DNA from: a virus
Taxonomy: Duplodnaviria; Caudoviricetes
Direction: 5' to 3' (one strand)
IMG/VR virus record: IMGVR_UViG_3300020576_001330
Coordinates: 451 to 64,450 of that record
DNA: 64,000 nt
This document shows positions 1 to 8,356 of the stretch, piece by piece. Both the position numbers and the translations under genes were made by a program. The notes below the pieces were generated by a model, which was not told where the DNA came from, ran no database searches, and saw only the letters and a list, made by a program, of their open reading frames with translations. Each line of letters begins with the position of its first letter. The stretch's first letter is position 1.

Positions 1-726
1 AGAAAATTTGTAATGGGAGATATTCACGGTTCATATAAAGCATTATTACAATGTTTAGAACGAAGTGGATTCAATAAAGAAGAAGACGAGTTAATCCAAC
101 TTGGTGATGTTTGTGATGGCTGGTCTGAAGTATATGAATGTGTTGAGGAACTTTTAACTATAAAGAATTTAATTACTATTAGAGGAAATCATGATCAATG
201 GTTTTATGAATTCATTAGAACTGGGATTCATGGATCACAATGGACTCAAGGTGCAGATGCTACAAGAGATTCATATGGAAAAAGAAGCATGATGATTCCA
301 GAGTCCCATGAGAAATTTTTTGGAACACAAATGAATTATTATGTTGATGAAGAAAACAGGTGTTTTGTTCATGGTGGATTTAACAGACATTTAAGTGTAA
401 AAGATCAAACATATTCTCATATCTATTATTGGGATAGGGATTTGTGGTACTCTGCATTGTCATTTGCAGCCACTATAAGAGGTAATAAAGATATAGATAC
501 TCCAAGAGTTATTAAAACAGCTGATAAGTTTAAAGAGATCTATATAGGTCATACAGCTACAACAGCTTGGGATAAGGATACTCCAATGCAGGCTGGTAAT
601 ATTTGGAATTTAGATACAGGTGCTGGATTTAAAGGAAGATTAACTATTATGGATATAGATAACAAAGAATTTTGGCAATCTGATCCTGTTCAAGAGCTAT
701 ACAAAAATGAAAAAGGAAGAAACTAA
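1..726 (+). CDS. Calcineurin-like metallophosphoesterase (phage Ser/Thr phosphatase family), probably 5'-truncated by the window edge
   Basis: GDIHG, GDVCD, RGNHD, FVHGG and IGHT motifs. The frame is open from base 1 (RKFVMGDIHG), so the real start probably lies upstream of the ATG at 13. Confidence 0.9.
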   Translation, partial: RKFVMGDIHGSYKALLQCLERSGFNKEEDELIQLGDVCDGWSEVYECVEELLTIKNLITIRGNHDQWFYEFIRTGIHGSQWTQGADATRDSYGKRSMMIPESHEKFFGTQMNYYVDEENRCFVHGGFNRHLSVKDQTYSHIYYWDRDLWYSALSFAATIRGNKDIDTPRVIKTADKFKEIYIGHTATTAWDKDTPMQAGNIWNLDTGAGFKGRLTIMDIDNKEFWQSDPVQELYKNEKGRN

Positions 727-1664
727 TGAAAACATTAAACCTAGCATATCCTGATAAATCAGATATAAAATACAAAATAAGTAAATTTCCTGATGGGCAA
801 CAGAATATTGTTATTGAGCCTACTTATTGGATTACAGATCAATTAACTATTACAGCTGTAACAATCAAATCACGTCTTAACAACTGGCGTGATTTAGAAC
901 TTATTACTTGTGCTGTAGCATCATTACGCGAATTAGGAATTGAAGAAATTCATCTTTATACTCCTTATATTATGGGTGCTAGAAGTGATAGAAAATTTGA
1001 AGAGGGTGGAAATAATTATCTTAGAGATGTTATTTGTCCTATCATTAACTCTTTAAACTTTAAATCAGTAACTTGTATTGACCCACATAGTGATGTGCTT
1101 GAAGCTTGTATTAAAGGGTTTAGAAAAGAATCTAATTTAAGTTTGCTTAAATGGGCATTATATGATCCTGCATTACAAGGTATTTATAAAATTGGTGATA
1201 ATTTAAATAATTTTAATTTAATATCACCTGATGCAGGTGCAAGTAAAAAAATCTATAAATTAGCTGATCAAATTGGTTATAAAGGAGATATTATCACTTG
1301 TAGTAAAGAGAGAGATGTTGATGGTAAATTAACTAAAGTTAATGTTCCATTTTCAGAAACTGATTATCAAGGTAAAGATTTTATTATAATTGATGATATA
1401 TGTGATGGAGGAGCTACCTTTATTAATATTGCTAAAGAGCTAAAAATAGAAAGTAAGGGGAAGATTTATCTCATAGTAACTCATGGTATATTCTCAAAAG
1501 GATTCACAGAGTTATCTAAATACTTTGATGGTATTTACTGTACTAATAGTTATTCTGATTTAAATGGACATTATTATCCTGAAGGTGAAGATTTTTCATC
1601 AGGAGATAGAGGCTTCCCTGTTAAAGAAATATCAAATTTAGTTAAACAATTAAATATATTTTAA
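726..1664 (+). CDS. prs: Ribose-phosphate pyrophosphokinase-like protein (PRPP synthetase fold; candidate Adps, ADPR-PP synthetase)
   Basis: KFPDGQ, PYIMGARSDRKF, DPHS, SPDAGA and the PRT loop IIIDDICDGGATF, plus LIVTHGIFS. Confidence 0.9.
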   Translation: MKTLNLAYPDKSDIKYKISKFPDGQQNIVIEPTYWITDQLTITAVTIKSRLNNWRDLELITCAVASLRELGIEEIHLYTPYIMGARSDRKFEEGGNNYLRDVICPIINSLNFKSVTCIDPHSDVLEACIKGFRKESNLSLLKWALYDPALQGIYKIGDNLNNFNLISPDAGASKKIYKLADQIGYKGDIITCSKERDVDGKLTKVNVPFSETDYQGKDFIIIDDICDGGATFINIAKELKIESKGKIYLIVTHGIFSKGFTELSKYFDGIYCTNSYSDLNGHYYPEGEDFSSGDRGFPVKEISNLVKQLNIF

Positions 1665-2080
1665 TGCAAACATTAACCACAATAAAAGAACTTTTAAGTA
1701 ATACTAAATTTACTTTATTTGATCAGAGATTTCAATTCCTTGTAATGGCAAAAGGAGATGGATTCCTTATTCAATTAGAGTGCTGGATGAAGTGTAATAT
1801 CCATAATCAATATGGCTGGCAAAAAGGAGGTAAATATTATATTTCATCACATGCTATTAATGATGAGATTATATTAACTGCCTGGAAAGCTTGTCAAGAT
1901 TTTATAATGCATGAAGCTCGTGAAACATTTACTTATAAAAATCAAACTATTTTTCATCCTCATTATGATATTGAAGAATTAGTTGAGTTTTGTGAAACTG
2001 CAAGAGTTTCAAAAAGACCACACAATTTAATAGCAGAACATATTCAATCAGTACAAACAGCACAAGATATAGACATATGA
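1664..2080 (+). CDS. Conserved phage hypothetical protein
   Basis: 138-aa ORF coupled by TAATG overlap; GKYYISSH...EIILTAWKA...HEARETF...IFHPH pattern recognised from phage proteins of unknown function. Confidence 0.75.
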   Translation: MQTLTTIKELLSNTKFTLFDQRFQFLVMAKGDGFLIQLECWMKCNIHNQYGWQKGGKYYISSHAINDEIILTAWKACQDFIMHEARETFTYKNQTIFHPHYDIEELVEFCETARVSKRPHNLIAEHIQSVQTAQDIDI

Positions 2081-2150
2081 ACCCATTACTATTAGTAGAT
2101 TTTTACAAACCACATTAGAAGAAATACGAAATAAATTAAAATTAATTTAA
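2077..2150 (+). pseudogene. nadV: Deletion scar of a nicotinamide phosphoribosyltransferase-like gene (NAMPT/NadV/Namat)
   Basis: ATG 2077 reads MNPLLLVDFYK (NAMPT N-terminal L-x-D-x-Y-K motif), then stops at 2116-2118. A second frame from 2109 reads TTLEEIRNKLKLI-stop (NAMPT-like C-terminal TLxEIR helix) ending at 2150. ATGA and TAATG overlaps with both neighbours are intact. Confidence 0.7.
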
Positions 2151-2566
2151 TGTCTTTAATAGTAATATTTGCAATTATATTTATTCATTGGTTTGGAGAC
2201 TTTGTTCTCCAAACTGATGAACAAGCTAAAAAGAAAAGTACAGATTGGAGGTATTTAATACGACATACTTTTAATTATAGTTTTACTTGGTTCTTAATAG
2301 GTACTATCTGGAGTATAGTTTCTAATATTTATACAAGTATTTATACAAATAATACTTATCTATTTAGCTGGTGGTTTGTCTGGGTATTTAGTTTTATAAC
2401 TTTTATAACACATACAATAACAGATTATTTCACAAGTAGATTAAATTCTAAATTATGGGCTAAAGGAGATGTACATAACTTCTTTGTATCTATAGGATTT
2501 GATCAAGTTTTACATTATGTACAATTATTTTTAACTTATCAATTATGTGTACAAATATTCTCTTAG
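2150..2566 (+). CDS. DUF3307-like membrane protein
   Basis: HWFGDFVLQ, HTITDY and GFDQVLH motifs; several hydrophobic helices. Confidence 0.75.
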   Translation: MSLIVIFAIIFIHWFGDFVLQTDEQAKKKSTDWRYLIRHTFNYSFTWFLIGTIWSIVSNIYTSIYTNNTYLFSWWFVWVFSFITFITHTITDYFTSRLNSKLWAKGDVHNFFVSIGFDQVLHYVQLFLTYQLCVQIFS

Positions 2567-2661
2567 GAGTAATTATAGGATTATGCATAGGTATTCCAAT
2601 TGGAATGATCTATGAAGATTTGTTTGATAAAATGGATTTAAGGGGGAGGAGAAAAAAATGA
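2545..2661 (+). CDS. Small single-pass membrane peptide, 38 aa (not in ORF track)
   Basis: MCTNILLGVIIGLCIGIPIGMIYEDLFDKMDLRGRRKK: hydrophobic helix with repeated GxxxG and a basic tail. Confidence 0.45.
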   Translation: MCTNILLGVIIGLCIGIPIGMIYEDLFDKMDLRGRRKK

Positions 2662-2712
2662 TATATTTATCAAAAGAATACAATATAATCAGGGAAATAA
2701 AAAATTTTAAAA

Positions 2713-3039
2713 ATGGCAAAAAAATATCCAAAATTACCACTTAGATTTAAAACTAAGTGGATTAAGGCTCTTAGATCTGGGAAGTATCAGCAGGGCCAAT
2801 ATAAATTATATAATAAAGAAAATAAGACATACTGTTGCTTGGGAGTAGCTTGTAGTATTAGTGGAGTTGCAGATAAGGAATTTAGGCTGTTTGGTATGAT
2901 AGATGGTGAATTAAGAAAAAATCCTAAAATTCCTGAAGTTTTGCTTGGGACAAATACTTTAACTAATAAATTAGTACATTTTAATGACTCTGGTTACTCA
3001 TTTAAAAGAATAGCTAACTGGATTGAGAAAACTTTATAA
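2713..3039 (+). CDS. Conserved phage hypothetical protein
   Basis: KWIKALRSGKYQQG...YCCLGVAC...FNDSGYSFKRIANWIE pattern seen in diverse phages. Confidence 0.75.
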   Translation: MAKKYPKLPLRFKTKWIKALRSGKYQQGQYKLYNKENKTYCCLGVACSISGVADKEFRLFGMIDGELRKNPKIPEVLLGTNTLTNKLVHFNDSGYSFKRIANWIEKTL

Positions 3040-3069
3040 TACTTTTTTAGTTTGGTTTGTTTTTTAATT

Positions 3070-3098
3070 AAAGAGGGGATGTGAAAGTCCCCTCTTTT
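3070..3098 (+). terminator. Intrinsic terminator at the convergence of the two arms (possibly bidirectional)
   Basis: AAGAGGGGA-TGTGAAAG-TCCCCTCTT perfect 9-bp stem followed by T-run; overlaps the stop codon of the convergent ORF. Confidence 0.8.
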
Positions 3099-6000
3099 AC
3101 TTTTTAGTATATTTATATGTATTCTCACCAAAAATTTGATTATAAGTAGCTTCAGTACTATTCCAGGCACTTAATACAGGAAATAAATCACTCCATTCTT
3201 TAGCAGTTTTACTTCTTCCTTTTCTAAACCCCTTTTTATAAGTGTCTTTATCAGGATTAGTTATGTAATTAATTGAGGCATTGATGGCTTCCGTACCATC
3301 CATGATAGTTTTCATAATAGGAATAGGATCTTTAATAATTGCAAAGGATGAACTTGGGAATATAAAGAATGTTAAATCCTGATATACACGTTGTAATAAG
3401 TTTACAGTAAAGTTTACTTCGGGATCATCATCTCCACCACCTGCTAATGCATGGAATACCATACCTAGTCCAACTGCTAAAATAATCATTCTAAACTCAG
3501 CAATCTGAGCTCTCATATTTTCAACATCTAAATCAGATAACCCGATTTCTTTTAAGTACTTTTCATAAGATTCTACAGCATTAGCGGCTAAAGGATTTTT
3601 ACCAATATGCTCACCAATTAAAGGTAAGTTAGTCAATTTAGCTAAAGTTACTAAGGTAGTATTTAAAGTAAATTTACCAGCACCTTTTAAACCTTTAGCA
3701 GTTAATCCATCTCTGAGTGTAAGCATTCTACCTTTAGTTTCAAGGTACTTATTTTCAGAACCAAATCTTTCTTCAATTGCTCTTGGAAGCCAGGTTTTAA
3801 ACAACATAAAGATACGACCATAAAATTTACCCTTAAAAGGCATTGGTGTGTTATAATCACCCTGAGTTCTATGTCTAACTATATCAATACGATCTCTGAA
3901 TTGAGTTAGTTTAGATATATTTTGACCAGATTCATTTAAATGAACTAACTTATTCCATTCAGGAGCTTCTCCAAATTCAGAAGTTTTCCAGTCACCAAAT
4001 TCATCAAATGCCTCATATAGATTCTTTTCTTTACCTGCAAGATTCTTAATCTTTGTATTATGTAACTTAGCAAGTAAAATCTGATTAGCTATAAGATATT
4101 CACCAGATTCCTGAAGAAGGAATAGTACCTGTGGTATCTTTTTTAGATACTCATTCTTACCGTACTCCTTAGAGTCTTCAATGAAAGTTTCTTTGACTAC
4201 TCCAAATTTAAGAGCCAATGATCCTATTTTCATAGCTTCTTTATTGGTAAGTAAGTTAGCTGTACCAAACTTAAGCATGCTATTTCTGAGCTTAATCATA
4301 GCCCAATCCAAGTCTTTCGTGTTAAAATCCTTTTCACGAGCAGCATAAACATAGTTATTAATCATACCTATACTTACGTTGGCTAATGCGCTAAAAGGCT
4401 TTAAACCTATCAAATTAAGACGTGTAAAGTCAACTACAGCATCACTATACTTAATCCAAGAATGCTTCTTTAAAACAGGTTCTGGGCCTATTTTACCGCC
4501 CTCATACCATTCTTCATAATCCTTTCTTAACTGTTCTTTTTCTTCTTCTGTAACCTCACGCATAATACCAGAAGTATCATCTGTTCTTGTTTGACCAGTA
4601 AGTTCAGCATTTTCTCTAAATTTAAACGCTTCGATAGCATTTGTTAGCATGCCAGCAGTTTCAAGGGGATTCTTATTGAGATCTTTTCTGATTTTATCAG
4701 TTATTGGGTTTTTTTCAATCTTTTTAGTCTTTTCTAATTGATACCCAACAAGTTCCAATAAAGGCTGAATTTCAAGCTTATGCTCATAAGTAACAGCCAT
4801 TTCAAAGCCTTTTCTAAGCAAATCTACAGGATTTTTAAATTGTCCTTCCCTTTGTATTTCATATAAGCTTTTAGGCCTAATTAGAGGCTTAGGACGACCT
4901 TTTTCATCAGTAAGATTAGGTAGAGTCTCATTTAATTGATGATATGTTAAAGAGACTGTAAACCAGTCTAAAGCCGATTCTTTAATACCTTTTAAAATAT
5001 TACCCAATTGAAACTTAGACTCAGTCAAATCCAGCTTAGTTTGATGAATGACATTATCATACATTCCAAGCTCTGAAGTTAATGTTGGAGAAGTTTTGTC
5101 ATAAATTTCCTGAACTTTATCTACGTACCAGTTATATACTTCCAAATCTTTAACTTTCTCGAAATCAGGATTTTTATACTTTTCAAGAGGTGTTTTTACC
5201 AGATAAGCGTACCACTTATCTGCATAAATGTTAGTTCCACCTATATTAGATCGTGGTATTCCATCTTTAGTGATGGTAAATGATCCGTCAGGGTTTACCA
5301 CACCTTTATTTTCCCAAGAATACTGTTGTTTAAACTTTTCTACAGCATCTTGGTTTACTTCACCATCAAATGTGTTAGCTTCTTCAACTTCTTTTAAATG
5401 CTTTTCAAACAAAGCTTTACCTTCTGGAGTAAGTTGATAAGTATAGTTCTGCTCAAACCACTCACCAATCTCTCTTTTAGCATTCATCCAATCTTCTTTA
5501 GTAGAAGAATCATTGAGTTTTCTAAGTTTTCTATACACTTCTGCCTGGGCATTATAAAAGTCATGTGAGTACATGCTTATAAGGTGTCCTTTGGCATCAA
5601 AGATTTTTTTAAATTCTTCCTCACTGTATTTTTTGACCAAATCACGATACTCTCTATCAAATTGATTTACTTCCAAATCAGTTTGACGAGATCTCCAATT
5701 CATTACAGCAGCTGCAAACTGTAAGTGCGGAATATTAGTAGTTTCCAAACTCATAGTCATAGATTTAGCTCCTCCTAAATCAGCATAAGCCTTTTCAAGT
5801 TCTTCAGGAGTAATTTCTCTGCCATAAGCTTTAGATGCTTCTACTAATCTTTGCTTAATGAATTTATCAAATTTATCCTGAAGACGAATTGTTTCAGCAC
5901 GAACTTGAGTAATTTGTCTGTTAAAAGATTCATCTTCTGGAGCATTTAATAATAATTTATCAAATTCATTAGTAAAGTATAAAATCTTTTTTACATCTAC

Positions 6001-8355
6001 AAAATCTGCATCAGACATTTCATTGAAAGGCTTACTTAAAGCATTACGAGCTACATCTAATTGAGCTTTAGCTACACTTAAAATATCAGAGTAAGTAGCT
6101 TGTTCAGTTAGTTTTTCTAAAGCAGCACGAATCCTTTTGATGCTCTCACGAGTACCAGCTCTTTCTTCACCATATTGCTGTTTTAATTCAGCTTGTCTAT
6201 TCTTAAATACAAGCTTAGCAGCATCTATAGTTTTAATTAACTTTTCATCAGATTTAATAGAGTTTGGATCAACTGCCTGGTTATGAGTAACATTTCTAAC
6301 TTGTTTCTCTCCTAAAGTTTTCTTTTCTATAAAGGAATCAGTTAATCTTTCAAGTTGTGCTTGTTTATCATTAAACAATGATTTAATCCAATTCCAAAAC
6401 TGTTTATACCAAATATTAGCTTTAGTTTTTTGAGCTACAGTTTGCTCCCCAATAGCCTGTACTAAAGCTTCTTCAGATCCAAATAATCTAATACCTTTCT
6501 GTACAATTGAAGAATTTTTAAACCATGAGATATAGTGGTGGGCATATTCGTGAGCTAAAGTATCAGTATTTTGATTTAAAGAATCAATCAGTACTTTACC
6601 AGCTTTAATATTAGCCTGACCACGTAATCCTTGTAATTCAGTATATTCCAATGAAATTTCAGGATATACCTCTTGTAGTACAGAAGCTACCTCTTTAGCA
6701 GTCTGTTCATCAAAAGATTGTACGCCTTGAGCTTTTTGAAAATGGATAACGTCTAAGTGAGATTCATTTAATTCTACTTCATTCCAAGTATTTCCATATT
6801 CATCAGTAATTAATTCGGGATTAAATCCTTGTTTTTTAAGAATATTAGTTACAGTATTTTCATAAAAATTATATATAGGTTTTAAAGCACCAAATCCTTC
6901 TTTTTCTATCCTTTTAAGTTCTTGTTTAAGTTGAGCTATTTCTTCTTTATAAGATTCTATTTTAAATTCTTTAGCTCCAAGTTCTATTGCTTTCTCAAGT
7001 TCTTTAATCCTATCTTCTTTCTGCTTCTTAAACTCTTCTAAAGTAGTATGCCCTTCAACTTTACTAGCTGTATTACCAGTAGGAAATAATACTTTTTCAT
7101 ATCCTTTCTTAGCACTATCTTGTATAATAGACTTAACAAAGAATGTTACCCAGTTATTATCTTTTTGAAGTAATTTAGTAAAAGCGTCTGCATTATCTAA
7201 ATAAGTATCTAAAAATGTTTCCCAAATTTTAGTATATTCATTAGCATTTATTTCATTACTATTTTTATAGTAATGCCAAACATTTTTATCATCTTTTTCA
7301 GCAGTATATCTATTACTTTCAAATTCAAAATTATTTCTCCATTTCTGAAATAAATCAGATTGTACTTCTAATATTCTACGAGTTTTAGTAGCATTTTTAT
7401 CTTCTTTAAGAATCTTTGCTTTTCTATATTGCTCTGCAAATGTTCCCTTATTTTCTAAGCTGTATAAATAATTATTAAACTTATAAGTAGCTCCAAATTC
7501 TGATTGACTTACTAACTTTCCATTATTTTTAGCCTTCTCAAATTCAGTTTCATCACTTTGTTCTCTATTTTCTGTAAATTCTTTTGTATAAAATTCTCCT
7601 TCATTTATATCAAAAGCCATTTTCTTAGTATCTTCTACACTTTGTATAGGAGATTGTTCCTCACTTCTAAACCAACCTATACCATTATCAGTAGAAAATT
7701 GAGCATGTCCTTTAATACTAGGTGTAATAGCTGGTGTAGCTATTTCTTGTTCAGAATAATTAGTACCTCCTGGAACTGTTAGGTTAGAATAATGTTGAGT
7801 TGGTTTAAATTGTTCCCCTTTTAATTCTTCATATTTTGATTGAGCCTTGCCATATTCATCTTGTGATATTTCTTTATTATTTTTTAAATATTTTTCTACA
7901 CCCAATTCCCAGTCATTTTGAAAAAATTGTATTTGATAATTATCATTTTCAATATTGAAATTATCATAATTATTATTTAATGCTGACACCTTTTCCCCAG
8001 CAGTATTAATCTCAACAGTATAACTATAATTAGCTAGTAAATCAGTAACAATCTCATTAAGATTAGTTTTACCTAATCCTTTAATAAGTTCTCTTTGTTC
8101 TCTTGGTACAGCAAGTTCAGCTAAGATTTTTTCTAAGCTCCAGTTGTTTTTATTACCCTTATCAAATATTTGTTTAGCTTTATCGGAATTTAAAATCTGA
8201 ATAGCTTTTAAACCAGCTTTAACAATACTTTGTTTACTTTCAATTTCAGGTACATTACCTTCATACTTATCCCATAAGTAATAAGCAATATCCTCTCCTC
8301 TACTTGATACAAGTAATTTCCACTCTTCTAAATTTTTATTTGGACAATGTGCCAT
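3097..8355 (-). CDS. Large virion-ejected (cargo) protein, 1752 aa, with zincin-like motif
   Basis: Adjacent to the vRNAP; HEYAH (6538-6552) with downstream EEAL; N-terminal domain with GWFRS...RILEVQSD...GYEKVLFP motifs; helical C-terminal region. Confidence 0.75.
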   Translation of the reverse strand: MAHCPNKNLEEWKLLVSSRGEDIAYYLWDKYEGNVPEIESKQSIVKAGLKAIQILNSDKAKQIFDKGNKNNWSLEKILAELAVPREQRELIKGLGKTNLNEIVTDLLANYSYTVEINTAGEKVSALNNNYDNFNIENDNYQIQFFQNDWELGVEKYLKNNKEISQDEYGKAQSKYEELKGEQFKPTQHYSNLTVPGGTNYSEQEIATPAITPSIKGHAQFSTDNGIGWFRSEEQSPIQSVEDTKKMAFDINEGEFYTKEFTENREQSDETEFEKAKNNGKLVSQSEFGATYKFNNYLYSLENKGTFAEQYRKAKILKEDKNATKTRRILEVQSDLFQKWRNNFEFESNRYTAEKDDKNVWHYYKNSNEINANEYTKIWETFLDTYLDNADAFTKLLQKDNNWVTFFVKSIIQDSAKKGYEKVLFPTGNTASKVEGHTTLEEFKKQKEDRIKELEKAIELGAKEFKIESYKEEIAQLKQELKRIEKEGFGALKPIYNFYENTVTNILKKQGFNPELITDEYGNTWNEVELNESHLDVIHFQKAQGVQSFDEQTAKEVASVLQEVYPEISLEYTELQGLRGQANIKAGKVLIDSLNQNTDTLAHEYAHHYISWFKNSSIVQKGIRLFGSEEALVQAIGEQTVAQKTKANIWYKQFWNWIKSLFNDKQAQLERLTDSFIEKKTLGEKQVRNVTHNQAVDPNSIKSDEKLIKTIDAAKLVFKNRQAELKQQYGEERAGTRESIKRIRAALEKLTEQATYSDILSVAKAQLDVARNALSKPFNEMSDADFVDVKKILYFTNEFDKLLLNAPEDESFNRQITQVRAETIRLQDKFDKFIKQRLVEASKAYGREITPEELEKAYADLGGAKSMTMSLETTNIPHLQFAAAVMNWRSRQTDLEVNQFDREYRDLVKKYSEEEFKKIFDAKGHLISMYSHDFYNAQAEVYRKLRKLNDSSTKEDWMNAKREIGEWFEQNYTYQLTPEGKALFEKHLKEVEEANTFDGEVNQDAVEKFKQQYSWENKGVVNPDGSFTITKDGIPRSNIGGTNIYADKWYAYLVKTPLEKYKNPDFEKVKDLEVYNWYVDKVQEIYDKTSPTLTSELGMYDNVIHQTKLDLTESKFQLGNILKGIKESALDWFTVSLTYHQLNETLPNLTDEKGRPKPLIRPKSLYEIQREGQFKNPVDLLRKGFEMAVTYEHKLEIQPLLELVGYQLEKTKKIEKNPITDKIRKDLNKNPLETAGMLTNAIEAFKFRENAELTGQTRTDDTSGIMREVTEEEKEQLRKDYEEWYEGGKIGPEPVLKKHSWIKYSDAVVDFTRLNLIGLKPFSALANVSIGMINNYVYAAREKDFNTKDLDWAMIKLRNSMLKFGTANLLTNKEAMKIGSLALKFGVVKETFIEDSKEYGKNEYLKKIPQVLFLLQESGEYLIANQILLAKLHNTKIKNLAGKEKNLYEAFDEFGDWKTSEFGEAPEWNKLVHLNESGQNISKLTQFRDRIDIVRHRTQGDYNTPMPFKGKFYGRIFMLFKTWLPRAIEERFGSENKYLETKGRMLTLRDGLTAKGLKGAGKFTLNTTLVTLAKLTNLPLIGEHIGKNPLAANAVESYEKYLKEIGLSDLDVENMRAQIAEFRMIILAVGLGMVFHALAGGGDDDPEVNFTVNLLQRVYQDLTFFIFPSSSFAIIKDPIPIMKTIMDGTEAINASINYITNPDKDTYKKGFRKGRSKTAKEWSDLFPVLSAWNSTEATYNQIFGENTYKYTKK

Positions 8356-8356
8356 A

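Noticed and set aside
2658-2744. 28-aa ORF MIYLSKEY...
   Set aside because: Overlaps the next gene, is low-complexity and has no motif
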